This document shows, in pieces, positions 11,198 to 20,561 of a stretch of 64,000 bases of DNA (its first letter is position 1; each line of letters opens with the position of its first letter). Source of the DNA: a bacterium (GTDB taxonomy: Bacteria; Zhuqueibacterota; Zhuqueibacteria; Residuimicrobiales; Krinioviventaceae); assembly GCA_963693055.1 (NCBI GenBank), contig OY843751.1, positions 864,001-928,000 of the forward strand, written 5' to 3'. The position numbers were made by a program, and so were the translations under genes. The notes beneath the pieces were generated by a model. It did not search any database and was not told the DNA's origin. It worked only from the letters and a program-made list of their open reading frames with translations.

Positions 11198-11875
11198 ATG
11201 AACATTTTGGACTTTATTGTCATTGGAATATTGACCTTGTTTGTATTTCTTGGTGCCCGGCGTGGTTTTATGGATGAAATTCTGGGTATTACCGGTTGGA
11301 TCATTGCCATTATTTGTGCTGTGAAATTTGGGGGTACACTTGCTGTAATTATCACCCGTCAGGTTCCCCAACTTCATATGGTCAGCTCTGTTTTAGCGGG
11401 TTTATTGTTGTTATTTGGAATTCGCTATGCGTTTTTGTTGCTGATTGGAATGATAAAAAAAACAGCACCTGCCTTGACAGAGAACAGCCTGAACAAAATT
11501 GCCGGAGCTATATTGGGTTTTGTTCAAGGTATTCTTTTAATTAGTATACTGATCCTTTTATTGTGGGTGATACCTTTTGGAAATAATGTAAACCGAGTGC
11601 AAAAGAAATCTGTTCTTTTGCCGCATATGGAAAAAGTTACAGTTTTTCTGGTAAATTCTGTTGGTAATTTTATCCCCTATACTCAGCCCATGATCGATAA
11701 ATTGTATGATAGAATAGATAACAATAAATTTGATAAAGATGGGCTTGAACCAAAAGACATTAAAGATCTGGGGAAAAAAGTTAACAAAATTGCAGATGAA
11801 GATCTTGTGGATAAAGATAAACGAAATGAAATGAAAAAAGCTGCCAGAAAGCTGGAAGAGGAGTTACGGAGATAG
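11198..11875 (+). CDS. cvpA: CvpA (colicin V production) family membrane protein
   Basis: MNILD...GARRGF, LNKIAGAILG; precedes mutS2. Confidence 0.85.
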   Translation: MNILDFIVIGILTLFVFLGARRGFMDEILGITGWIIAIICAVKFGGTLAVIITRQVPQLHMVSSVLAGLLLLFGIRYAFLLLIGMIKKTAPALTENSLNKIAGAILGFVQGILLISILILLLWVIPFGNNVNRVQKKSVLLPHMEKVTVFLVNSVGNFIPYTQPMIDKLYDRIDNNKFDKDGLEPKDIKDLGKKVNKIADEDLVDKDKRNEMKKAARKLEEELRR

Positions 11876-11879
11876 ACTT

Positions 11880-14237
11880 TTGGAATCCTGCTATGAAACA
11901 TTAGAGTTCCTTAAAATACGAGAGAAAATTGCTGTATGTGCAGCTTCTGTTTTAGGTGAAAAACTCGCCCTTGAAATCCAACCCATTCAAGATACTCAAG
12001 AATTAACCATCATACAAACCCAGGTTACGGAACTTCGTGATTTGAATGATTACGATCATGCTGTGCCAATGGAAGGAATACAGGATGTTGAAGCCATTCT
12101 TAAAAAAGCAGGGATGGCCGGCAGTATTTTGGGTGTTCACGAATTGCTTGCTGTTTTTCAACAGGCAAATACATCGAGACGCTTGAGTGGTTATTTTTAT
12201 CAACGAAAAGAAAAAATACCCCATTTTAAAAAAATATCAGACAGACTGATTGTATTACCAGAATTGGAAAAAGAGATTAGCCGTTGTATAGATATTAAAA
12301 GCGCTGAAATTCTGGATAATGCAAGTCCTGAACTGGCCCATGTCCGAAGCCAGATCAACCGGGTTCGTAACTCTATTAGACGAAAAATTGAGACCAAATT
12401 AAAATCCTTTGGCGAGCAAGGCATGCTGCAAGAGAATGTTATCAGTGTTCGAGATGGTCGTTTTGTGCTTATGGTAAAAGACGAGTATAAACGCAAGGTC
12501 AAGGGATTGATACATGGTCAGTCTTCAAGCGGATCCAGTTATTTTATAGAGCCCATGGATGTATTTGAAGAGAATAATCGTATCCGTGAATTGCTGAATG
12601 AAGAAACTCGTGAAATTGAACGTGTTTTAACACAATTAACAATACGTGTACATGAGGTTGTTGGCGAGCTGAAAAGAAATGAAAAGGTGCTTGCGCAAAT
12701 TGATCTTTTTTATGCCAAAGCTGTCTTTTCAAAATCCATTAATGGATTTCAACCCGAACTGGTTGATAACCCTGAAATAATGATAGCAGGAGGCAGGCAT
12801 CCTTTGCTTATCCTGCGTTTAGGTGAATCAAATGTAGTACCTCTTGATATAGAGTTGGGTAAAGTTTCTACTTTGATCATTAGCGGCCCCAATGCTGGTG
12901 GTAAAACTGTGGCTTTGAAAACCGTAGGGTTGTTAACACTTTTGGCCCGTTGTGGATTGCACATTCCTGCCAAGCCCCATTCACGTATTGGTAAAATAAC
13001 AAAAATTTATGCAAATATTGGTGATCAGCAATCTATAGAGAATGATCTTTCAACATTTTCGTCACACGTTCAATCGCTTGCAGATATTGCTTCGAATGCG
13101 GATGAAAATAGTCTGGTGCTGGTTGATGAAATAGGAACCGGTACTGATCCTGAAGAGGGTATAGCACTTGCCATTACACTATTGCAACGACTCACTGACA
13201 GACACGCTTTAACCATAGTTACCACCCACTTGGGTGCATTAAAGGCGTTTGCCTACCAAACTGACCGTGTTGAGAATGCATCTATGGAGTTTGATCGGGA
13301 AACCTTACAGGCAACTTATAAATTCAGAACCGGTATCCCCGGTTCAAGTTATGCGTTTGAAATTGCACGTCGCATGGGTTTTCCTCCTGAATTGATTGAG
13401 GCTTCCCGCGAGCTGATTGGTTCGCACAAAGATCAGCTTGAAGGATTGATTGAAGATCTTGAAGAAAAGATACAATCTTATAATACATTGCTGTCGGAAA
13501 TAAGGATTAAAGACTCTGGCTTGAGCAGCCTTCAAAAGTTGTACACTGAGCGAAATGAAGCCTTGAAACGTGACGAGAAAAAAATTAAGCGTGAAGCTGT
13601 TAAAGAAGCTGAACAAATTATTGCACAGGCTAACGCTTTGATTGAAAAAACTGTCAAAGAGATTAAAGAAAAAGAAGCTCGTCGTGAAGCTATACAAAAT
13701 GCCAAGTCAGTAATGAACGAACAGCAGCAAAAGATTAAAGTTATTAAAAAGCAGGTCAGCGAACCAGAGCCTGAAGCCTTGATCTCAGTAGAGCCAGGAG
13801 ATTATGTGAAATGGAAACACAGCACCAGTGTGGGTGAGGTTATTACTCGTGTAGATAAAAAGGGTAAAGTCATGGTACAGTTGGATGGTGTAAAAATGCA
13901 ACTGCCGTTGGTTGATCTTGAAAAAGCGAGTAAAAAGAAGAAAAAGCGAACCTCGGTAACCCATATAAACGTTTCTCAAAAAGAGATTATTACTCACGAG
14001 GTTGACCTTCGTGGCATGCGAGCAGAAGAGGCAAGATCCATAGTTGACCGGTTTATTGATGAAGCATTAATGACCGGGTTGAATGAGATTCGCATTATTC
14101 ATGGAAAAGGTACCGGTCGTTTAAGACAGGATATTACAAATTTTCTTGGCTCTCATCCGCAGGTAAATCAATTTAGATTAGGAAACTGGAACGAAGGTGA
14201 TTCTGGTGTTACTATCGCTACTTTGAAAACAAAATGA
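11880..14237 (+). CDS. mutS2: Endonuclease MutS2 (ribosome collision rescue factor)
   Basis: GPNAGGKT Walker A, LSTFSSH, DEIGTGTDP and C-terminal Smr domain (IIHGKGTG). Confidence 0.96.
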   Translation: MESCYETLEFLKIREKIAVCAASVLGEKLALEIQPIQDTQELTIIQTQVTELRDLNDYDHAVPMEGIQDVEAILKKAGMAGSILGVHELLAVFQQANTSRRLSGYFYQRKEKIPHFKKISDRLIVLPELEKEISRCIDIKSAEILDNASPELAHVRSQINRVRNSIRRKIETKLKSFGEQGMLQENVISVRDGRFVLMVKDEYKRKVKGLIHGQSSSGSSYFIEPMDVFEENNRIRELLNEETREIERVLTQLTIRVHEVVGELKRNEKVLAQIDLFYAKAVFSKSINGFQPELVDNPEIMIAGGRHPLLILRLGESNVVPLDIELGKVSTLIISGPNAGGKTVALKTVGLLTLLARCGLHIPAKPHSRIGKITKIYANIGDQQSIENDLSTFSSHVQSLADIASNADENSLVLVDEIGTGTDPEEGIALAITLLQRLTDRHALTIVTTHLGALKAFAYQTDRVENASMEFDRETLQATYKFRTGIPGSSYAFEIARRMGFPPELIEASRELIGSHKDQLEGLIEDLEEKIQSYNTLLSEIRIKDSGLSSLQKLYTERNEALKRDEKKIKREAVKEAEQIIAQANALIEKTVKEIKEKEARREAIQNAKSVMNEQQQKIKVIKKQVSEPEPEALISVEPGDYVKWKHSTSVGEVITRVDKKGKVMVQLDGVKMQLPLVDLEKASKKKKKRTSVTHINVSQKEIITHEVDLRGMRAEEARSIVDRFIDEALMTGLNEIRIIHGKGTGRLRQDITNFLGSHPQVNQFRLGNWNEGDSGVTIATLKTK

Positions 14238-14256
14238 TAAAATTACAGGATATATT

Positions 14257-15045
14257 ATGTTAAATACCGCTATACGTGCCGCAAAAGCGGCCAGTAAAAT
14301 TCAATTAGAAAATCTGGGCAAGATTACATCCTCCCATATCGATACAAAAAAACAATTTGATTTTGTGACCTTTGTTGATAAAACTTCAGAAGCTGCAATT
14401 ATTGAAACTATACAGAAAGAGTATCCTGCCCACAGCTTTTACGGAGAAGAATCTCACAAGCATGATGGCGGCGGACACCGATGGATTATTGATCCCCTTG
14501 ATGGCACTACAAATTATATTCATGGAATACCTGTATTTGCTGTCTCCATTGCGTTAGAGGTTAATCATGAAATTGTACTCGGCGTTATTTATGACCCTAC
14601 CCGTGACGAGTTATTTACTGCTGAAAAGGGCAAAGGCGCTTTTTTAAATGGTGATGCGATACAGGTGTCTGATATTGATGATCTGGGCCTGGGTTTAATA
14701 ACAACCGGTTTTCCTTTTCGGGCTAAAGAATATATTGATATTTATTTACGTTCATTCAAAGAAGTATTGTTCAAAGCAAGCGGAGTAAGACGACTCGGTG
14801 CCGCTGCTTTGGACTTTTGTTACATTGCATGCGGACGTTGTGAAGGCTTTTGGGAAATTAATTTAGGACCCTGGGATGTTGCTGCAGGATCAATCATCAT
14901 AAAGGAAGCTGGTGGGAAAATAACAGATTTCTCCGGTGGTAATAATCCCGTTTGGACAGGCAATGTGGTTGCATCCAACACCATTTTACATCATGAATTA
15001 TTACAGACAGTTCAAAATGTTTTCAAAGGACAGATTGACAAATAA
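14257..15045 (+). CDS. suhB: Inositol monophosphatase family protein
   Basis: WIIDPLDGTTNY, WDVAAG and EAGG motifs. Confidence 0.92.
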   Translation: MLNTAIRAAKAASKIQLENLGKITSSHIDTKKQFDFVTFVDKTSEAAIIETIQKEYPAHSFYGEESHKHDGGGHRWIIDPLDGTTNYIHGIPVFAVSIALEVNHEIVLGVIYDPTRDELFTAEKGKGAFLNGDAIQVSDIDDLGLGLITTGFPFRAKEYIDIYLRSFKEVLFKASGVRRLGAAALDFCYIACGRCEGFWEINLGPWDVAAGSIIIKEAGGKITDFSGGNNPVWTGNVVASNTILHHELLQTVQNVFKGQIDK

Positions 15046-15478
15046 TATTACTCGAAGCATCCGGGTCACGCTATACCTGATCATTTTATGTTTTCTGGTA
15101 TTTTATGGGAAATATAACAATCCTACAATTACCCTCACTATGTGTGATTCTGACCCTGAAAAGTTTGATAATTCGTTTCTGGAAATAGGAAATGAGATCA
15201 CTGTAAAAACAATTTATCAGGATTCTTTTTTTGTTCACCAAAACGGAAATTTTTACAAAGTTGTTGGCCAATCTGAGAACCTGATTCCCAACCAGTTTAT
15301 CTCTTTAAAGGCAATTTATCACCAGGATGGATGGCTCGAGCTGGTGGATTACCATGTGTCTGAAAAACGACGAGTTAAAATTTGGGTATCGGTTTTTCCA
15401 GTTTTAATTGTACTCGTCTTGTTTTTTAAACGATATACTTTTTCTTTTAAAAACTTTTATTTTGCGAGCAAGGTGTAA
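15035..15478 (+). CDS. Hypothetical membrane protein (two TM helices flanking a small beta-rich domain)
   Basis: Within ORF 14936-15478; in-frame TTG at 15035 with AAGGA upstream avoids a long suhB overlap; stop overlaps the next ATG. Confidence 0.6.
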   Translation: MTNNITRSIRVTLYLIILCFLVFYGKYNNPTITLTMCDSDPEKFDNSFLEIGNEITVKTIYQDSFFVHQNGNFYKVVGQSENLIPNQFISLKAIYHQDGWLELVDYHVSEKRRVKIWVSVFPVLIVLVLFFKRYTFSFKNFYFASKV

Positions 15479-15936
15479 TGGCAGATCTGCTGACACATTT
15501 TGCACTGGGTTATGCTACCAGCAGACATCGTTCATTTGCTGATATGCGTGCCATTTATTATCTCGGAATCATTTTGCCCGATGTCATTACCCGCCCTATT
15601 TATATCTTGTTTCCCGGTTTGTATGATTACACAATTGCCATGCATACACCGATATTTCTGGTGATATTTTGTCTGTTTCTATCAGAATTTTTTCAGCCTC
15701 AATCAAGAGCACTTGTATTTAAATATTTATTTGCCGGTGTTTTAGTACATTTACTATTAGATTCACTACAACGCCACTTTATTGGTGGATATTATTGGCT
15801 GTTTCCGTTTTCATGGAAGACGTATGAATGGGGACTGTATTGGGCAGATGCCCCGTTGAGATGGATTCCGCTTTGGCTGGTTTTAATAGCAGGCTATGAA
15901 TTGCTTATTCGCCTGCATCACCATAATCACGATTGA
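15478..15936 (+). CDS. Membrane-bound metal-dependent hydrolase (YdjM/DUF457-like)
   Basis: LTH, LPD, HTP, HLLLD and LFPFS motifs. Confidence 0.8.
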   Translation: MADLLTHFALGYATSRHRSFADMRAIYYLGIILPDVITRPIYILFPGLYDYTIAMHTPIFLVIFCLFLSEFFQPQSRALVFKYLFAGVLVHLLLDSLQRHFIGGYYWLFPFSWKTYEWGLYWADAPLRWIPLWLVLIAGYELLIRLHHHNHD

Positions 15937-16930
15937 TTTCCCCTAAAATCTTGGCTGCCTTTTCTTTTTTCTCTCTAGCTCTATCTTTAATCTCTTCATC
16001 AGCTTCTAGATCAATTGCCCTGTTAAGAAAGGATATTGCTGTCGAATCCTGATCCAGTGCTTTATAGCATTGGCCCAGCTTGAGGTTTAATACAATTTCA
16101 TTGTAATGATTATTTATAGACTCGGAAGAAACAGAGGCAAGCAGTTTTTTGTATGAATCAATGGCCTGGTTATATTTTTCTGCTTTTAAAGAAGCATCGC
16201 CCAGGGGCCATAAAAAGAACCTGCTGTCAGGAAACTGGTCAAGACCTTTTTGAGAAATATCGATAGCTTTTTCAAACTCTTTTTCTTCTATGTAAATCCA
16301 TGCCAGATTTGATAAAGCTGCCCACCGCGTAAAAGTACCTTTGTCCTGCACACATAATAAATTTTCTATACCTTGTTCTCTTTTATCGGAAAAGAAAGGC
16401 AGCCAGGTGAATTTTCGCGTAAGGTAGCTTCGCCAGTATTTATAACTGCCAATTCCCAAATATGCGTCATACCAGGTTTCATCCAATTGCAGGCATTTCT
16501 CAAGTTCATCAATAGAGCTGGAGGCTTTACGAATTGCAGAAAAGTATTTCTTGTCTCGTGCAAGCTGATAACTGTGATACGAACGGGCCGCACCCAGAAA
16601 GAAATGCGCCTCAGCAGATTCAGGATAGTTTTTAAGCATGTGTTCAGAGAGTTCAGTGGCTTTTTCTATGTTATCATAAAATTCATCTTTGCCATCCTCT
16701 GTTTCAAAATCCATCATTTTAGATTGATAGGCTGCTGCTTTGAAAAAATATCCTGCAGGGTGTGAGGGCGTCAGTTGAATGAGACTATCGAAAAGAGCCA
16801 GAGATGTTTCGTATTCTTCTTCAATGCTTTTATCAATTCCCAATTGAATGAGCTCTAAATGCTTCATTCCAGTATTTGCGTATCCCAAAGATATGAATAA
16901 AAGAATGTATGTGATCAGTTTTTTTAGCAC
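15905..16930 (-). CDS. Secreted tetratricopeptide-repeat protein
   Basis: Signal peptide (SLGYA) and TPR-like helices (AHFFLGA, DAYLGIG). Confidence 0.8.
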   Translation of the reverse strand: MLKKLITYILLFISLGYANTGMKHLELIQLGIDKSIEEEYETSLALFDSLIQLTPSHPAGYFFKAAAYQSKMMDFETEDGKDEFYDNIEKATELSEHMLKNYPESAEAHFFLGAARSYHSYQLARDKKYFSAIRKASSSIDELEKCLQLDETWYDAYLGIGSYKYWRSYLTRKFTWLPFFSDKREQGIENLLCVQDKGTFTRWAALSNLAWIYIEEKEFEKAIDISQKGLDQFPDSRFFLWPLGDASLKAEKYNQAIDSYKKLLASVSSESINNHYNEIVLNLKLGQCYKALDQDSTAISFLNRAIDLEADEEIKDRAREKKEKAAKILGEINRDYGDAGE

Positions 16931-16943
16931 AAGTGTCCTACAT

Positions 16944-16972
16944 AAAAAAAAGCCCGCTAAATTTTAGCGGGC
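16944..16972 (-). terminator. Rho-independent terminator after M23 peptidase gene
   Basis: GCCCGCTAA/TTAGCGGGC stem with an A8 tract (U8 on minus strand). Confidence 0.75.
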
Positions 16973-17000
16973 CTGAAAATACAATATTTAAATATAGATA

Positions 17001-17927
17001 TTATTCTTCAATAATATACTTCATTGGATCCACCTTTTTATTGCTTACGCGTACTTCGTAATGCAAGTGAGGACCGGTAGAACGACCGGTATCACCCACT
17101 TTACCAATAATGTCGTAGCGTTTTACACGTTGACCGGGTTTAACCAGTGTACGGTGCAAGTGACCATAAACGGTTCTAAAGCCGTAACCATGATCAACAA
17201 TGATATATTTTCCCAGACCTTTGTTGGCTGTATATTTTGCGACAACTTCAACAACACGGCCATCAGCAGAAACATGAACATCGGTACCACGAGGGGCGCT
17301 GATATCAATACCGTCATGAGATCTGTATTGTTCAACAAAAGGGTCAAGACGAAGTCCAAAACCTGCAGAAATACGACCAATAGTAACAGGACGAATAGAA
17401 GGGGTGTGTTTCAACAGTTGTAAATCTTCATTGTATTTGTTCATGATCTCATTACGACTGCCGGTAGCCAGATCAACACGTTGTTCCATGTTGTCAACCA
17501 TTCGCTGGATCTTTATTGCTTTATTCAGCTCGTCATCATCAATGGATGTGAAATTGGCATAGGTGTCCAAGTCATGACCACCAACACCCAGGTTACGGGT
17601 ATCACCGTCAATAGCAGGTAAATCAACAAAAACCCTCAAGTCATCGTCTTCTTTTTCAAGGACTTTGACTTTGGTTTCGATTTGATCTATTTTTTGCCCC
17701 ATATCAGCTAGTAAATGTTTTAGCTGAACATTTGATTTTTCAAGCCTGGCATTTTCGATATGATGAAAAAAATCAGTAAATGTTTGCAGGATAAAAAATA
17801 CACAAACCAGTACAAGGGTAAACGTGACGAAAGATAATCCTACAATTTTTTTCCATCCTAAACTAATTTGCCTAACCTCTGATCCCCCCATCGAGAAATA
17901 GATAAGCTTAATTCGTTTATCTTGCAT
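17001..17927 (-). CDS. M23 family metallopeptidase (membrane-anchored, coiled coil)
   Basis: HDGID, YGHL and GRSTGPHLHYEV motifs. Confidence 0.93.
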   Translation of the reverse strand: MQDKRIKLIYFSMGGSEVRQISLGWKKIVGLSFVTFTLVLVCVFFILQTFTDFFHHIENARLEKSNVQLKHLLADMGQKIDQIETKVKVLEKEDDDLRVFVDLPAIDGDTRNLGVGGHDLDTYANFTSIDDDELNKAIKIQRMVDNMEQRVDLATGSRNEIMNKYNEDLQLLKHTPSIRPVTIGRISAGFGLRLDPFVEQYRSHDGIDISAPRGTDVHVSADGRVVEVVAKYTANKGLGKYIIVDHGYGFRTVYGHLHRTLVKPGQRVKRYDIIGKVGDTGRSTGPHLHYEVRVSNKKVDPMKYIIEE

Positions 17928-18029
17928 ATTAATCCTTAAATTTCAATTCCATTAACCCATAAACATACATACTATTATCACACTCTTCCCCGGCAGGAAT
18001 ATAGATAAGATAAGACAATTAGTCGAGTA

Positions 18030-18058
18030 AATATAATGATTTCAAGTGCTTTTGTCAA
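18030..18058 (-). promoter_or_regulatory. sigma70-type promoter for M23 peptidase gene
   Basis: Minus strand TTGACA-17 nt-TATATT. Confidence 0.6.
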
Positions 18059-18087
18059 GAAAAAAGTCTGATTTTCAAGCGCTTTGC

Positions 18088-18945
18088 TTATTCCAGGTAT
18101 TTGCGGAGCAATTTGCTTCTGGAGACATGCCTGAGGCGTTTTAAAGCTTTTTCCTTAATTTGTCGTACTCTTTCACGTGTCAGATTGAATTTTTCACCAA
18201 TTTCTTCCAACGTAAAAGAATTCTCATAGCCAATACCAAAATAGAGCCGGATAACTTGTGCTTCACGTTTGTTTAACGTATCCAAAGCCCGTTCTATTTC
18301 AATCATCAGGCTTTCTGATATTAATAATTTGTCAGGAGAGGGGAGGTCCTTGTTTTCCAATAGATCTATGAGACGATTGTCTTCTTCAAGATTTAGAGGC
18401 GCATCAAGTGACAAGTACGCTCCGGGAGAGTTGAGTGCATCCAGCACTTCAGTTGGTTTTAGGTTTAATTCTTTGGCGATTTCATTGGCAGAGGGTTCGC
18501 GTTCAAATTCCTGTTCCAAAATCGTGAAAATTTTTTCAATTTTGTTTAAAACACCAATTCTGTTTAAAGGGAGTCTAACAATGCGGGCTTGTTCTGCAAG
18601 TGCCTGCAGAATGGATTGACGTATCCACCATACTGCGTATGATATGAATTTAAAACCTCGGGTTTCATCGAACCTACCGGCAGCTTTGAGCAGACCAAGA
18701 TTACCGGCATTGATCAAATCACCCAGAGAGAGCCCCTGATTCTGATATTGCTTTGCCACACTAACAACAAAACGAAGATTGGCCTTGGTGAGTTTTTCCA
18801 AAGCTTCATGATCTCCGTCTTTGATTCGCTTTGCACACTCGATCTCTTCGTCTGGTGTCAATAGTTTAACCTGACTGATTTCACGAAGATATCTGTCTAG
18901 CGAATCTTCCGAATAACTGTTGGATGCTGAACCTTTACCTGCCAC
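18088..18945 (-). CDS. RNA polymerase sigma-70 factor, RpoD/SigA family (short, lacks region 1.1)
   Basis: [32 protein letters not shown] and [13 protein letters not shown] motifs. Confidence 0.95.
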   Translation of the reverse strand: MAGKGSASNSYSEDSLDRYLREISQVKLLTPDEEIECAKRIKDGDHEALEKLTKANLRFVVSVAKQYQNQGLSLGDLINAGNLGLLKAAGRFDETRGFKFISYAVWWIRQSILQALAEQARIVRLPLNRIGVLNKIEKIFTILEQEFEREPSANEIAKELNLKPTEVLDALNSPGAYLSLDAPLNLEEDNRLIDLLENKDLPSPDKLLISESLMIEIERALDTLNKREAQVIRLYFGIGYENSFTLEEIGEKFNLTRERVRQIKEKALKRLRHVSRSKLLRKYLE

Positions 18946-18993
18946 GATAGAACTCCATCATTCGCCAGGGACAAATCGTACCAACGTTTTTCC

Positions 18994-19021
18994 AATTTAA
19001 TAAAAAAATCTTTAATGTCAA
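18994..19021 (-). promoter_or_regulatory. Possible sigma70-type promoter for the sigma factor gene
   Basis: Minus strand TTGACA-16 nt-TAAATT. Confidence 0.4.
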
Positions 19022-19153
19022 CAAAAAGAATTTCTATTTCTTAAATAAAAACAGGAACTTTTAATTGTATATTTCAATTAAATATTAAAAAAAGTACTTG
19101 ATTTTTTTAGGTAATTTGTTGATATTTACTTGATTGCTGTAATAAAGGAAAAT

Positions 19154-19567
19154 ATGCAAAACAAATTAATTACATTTATTTTAATCTCCTTGATTGTAAC
19201 CACTGTGGGAATGGGTGGTGTTGTTGTTAAAGAATTCCGTGCAGAGCCAGGACTCAACAAGGTTGAAGTTAAATGGCGCGTTGGTGCAGAGACCGGAGTA
19301 AAAGGTTATAATTTGTTCCGAAGTCTTGATGGTGTCTCTTTTACAAAATTATCTTTTATCATGTGTAAAAGTTCTTCTGAAGACGAAATTACCTATACTT
19401 TTACTGATAATTCCGTTTTCAAGGCAGATGACAGGGTCTATTATTACAAGCTAGAATTTGTAAATAATGACAATTCAACTTCTGCTTATGAAGAAGTTAT
19501 ACAAAGTACACCACAAATTTCGTCTGCACGACACACTTGGGGAAGTATTAAGGCAATGTTCAGGTAA
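19154..19567 (+). CDS. Secreted Fn3/Ig-like protein with C-terminal TWGSIKAMFR motif
   Basis: Signal peptide; W...E...GYNLFRS...YTFTD...YYYKL pattern of Fn3-like beta-sandwiches; ATG at 19154 preceded by AAGGA. Confidence 0.7.
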   Translation: MQNKLITFILISLIVTTVGMGGVVVKEFRAEPGLNKVEVKWRVGAETGVKGYNLFRSLDGVSFTKLSFIMCKSSSEDEITYTFTDNSVFKADDRVYYYKLEFVNNDNSTSAYEEVIQSTPQISSARHTWGSIKAMFR

Positions 19568-19573
19568 CAAGCC

Positions 19574-20560
19574 TTAATCTTTAATAAATCTCAATTCCTG
19601 CAATCTGTTTGATAGATTTTCAAATTTCAGAAAAAGTTTGTCTGAACTGTTTTTTGCATTATTGATATGTGTTGATAATGTAGATAAATCTGTACGCATT
19701 GTGTTGACTTGATTTTCAAGCGTATAAATGGATTGTAATACTTTTTGTGCGGTTTCTTCTATCTTTTGGCCTTCAAGCCCCATTAAAATAATTCTCAGAA
19801 AATAATAAAACTGATTGGGTGAACTGGGCATTATTTTTTTGTCCTGGGCATATTTAAGCAGTTCTTCATTGACAGCCAGTTGATAATAGATCGATTCTGA
19901 TGGGATATACAATATGGCAAAGTCTAGTGTGCCTTCACCGGGTTTGATATATTTCTTTGCAATGGTATCAATATGGCGTTTTACATCTCTGTTAAATTCT
20001 TTTCGGTATACGGATTTTTGTTGTTCATCTGTTGTTTTTTCTGCTTTTAAATAATTTTCCATAGGAAATTTGGCATCAATGGGGATCATACCCTTTTGTA
20101 ACAGAACCACTGCGTCTACAGTATCACCAGACTGAAATCTGTATTGCAGCTTTACATTTGTTTTGGGTAATATTTGGTAAAGCAGATCTGTAAGCAATTG
20201 TTCACCTAAAACACCACGGAGCTTGGGTGTTCGGAACAGTTGTTGGAAATCTCGCATTTGCTGACCAATCTCGTGCACTTTGCCCAGATCATGATTCAAG
20301 AGTCTCAACAATTGTGCTGTATTGTCCAGTCGGTTATTTATAGATTCATTGTTGGTGTGGAGCTGACGGTTGATTCTGTCAGATGTATGACTGATATCAT
20401 CACTAATTTCTCTGAGCCATGTACTGAATAGTTGTGAAGGATTCTCTTTGTCTGCAAGTAAGCGTTCAAACCGTTTTTCCTGCCAGAACATAATTAGTAC
20501 AATCAGCAAGATGAAAATAAGTGGGAATATATAAAGTATAATTGTTGGTATAGTTGTCAT
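19574..20560 (-). CDS. rmuC: DNA recombination protein RmuC
   Basis: RGVLGEQLL, PIDAKFP, HIDTIAKKYI and DFAILYIPSE motifs. Confidence 0.92.
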   Translation of the reverse strand: MTTIPTIILYIFPLIFILLIVLIMFWQEKRFERLLADKENPSQLFSTWLREISDDISHTSDRINRQLHTNNESINNRLDNTAQLLRLLNHDLGKVHEIGQQMRDFQQLFRTPKLRGVLGEQLLTDLLYQILPKTNVKLQYRFQSGDTVDAVVLLQKGMIPIDAKFPMENYLKAEKTTDEQQKSVYRKEFNRDVKRHIDTIAKKYIKPGEGTLDFAILYIPSESIYYQLAVNEELLKYAQDKKIMPSSPNQFYYFLRIILMGLEGQKIEETAQKVLQSIYTLENQVNTMRTDLSTLSTHINNAKNSSDKLFLKFENLSNRLQELRFIKD

Positions 20561-20561
20561 A

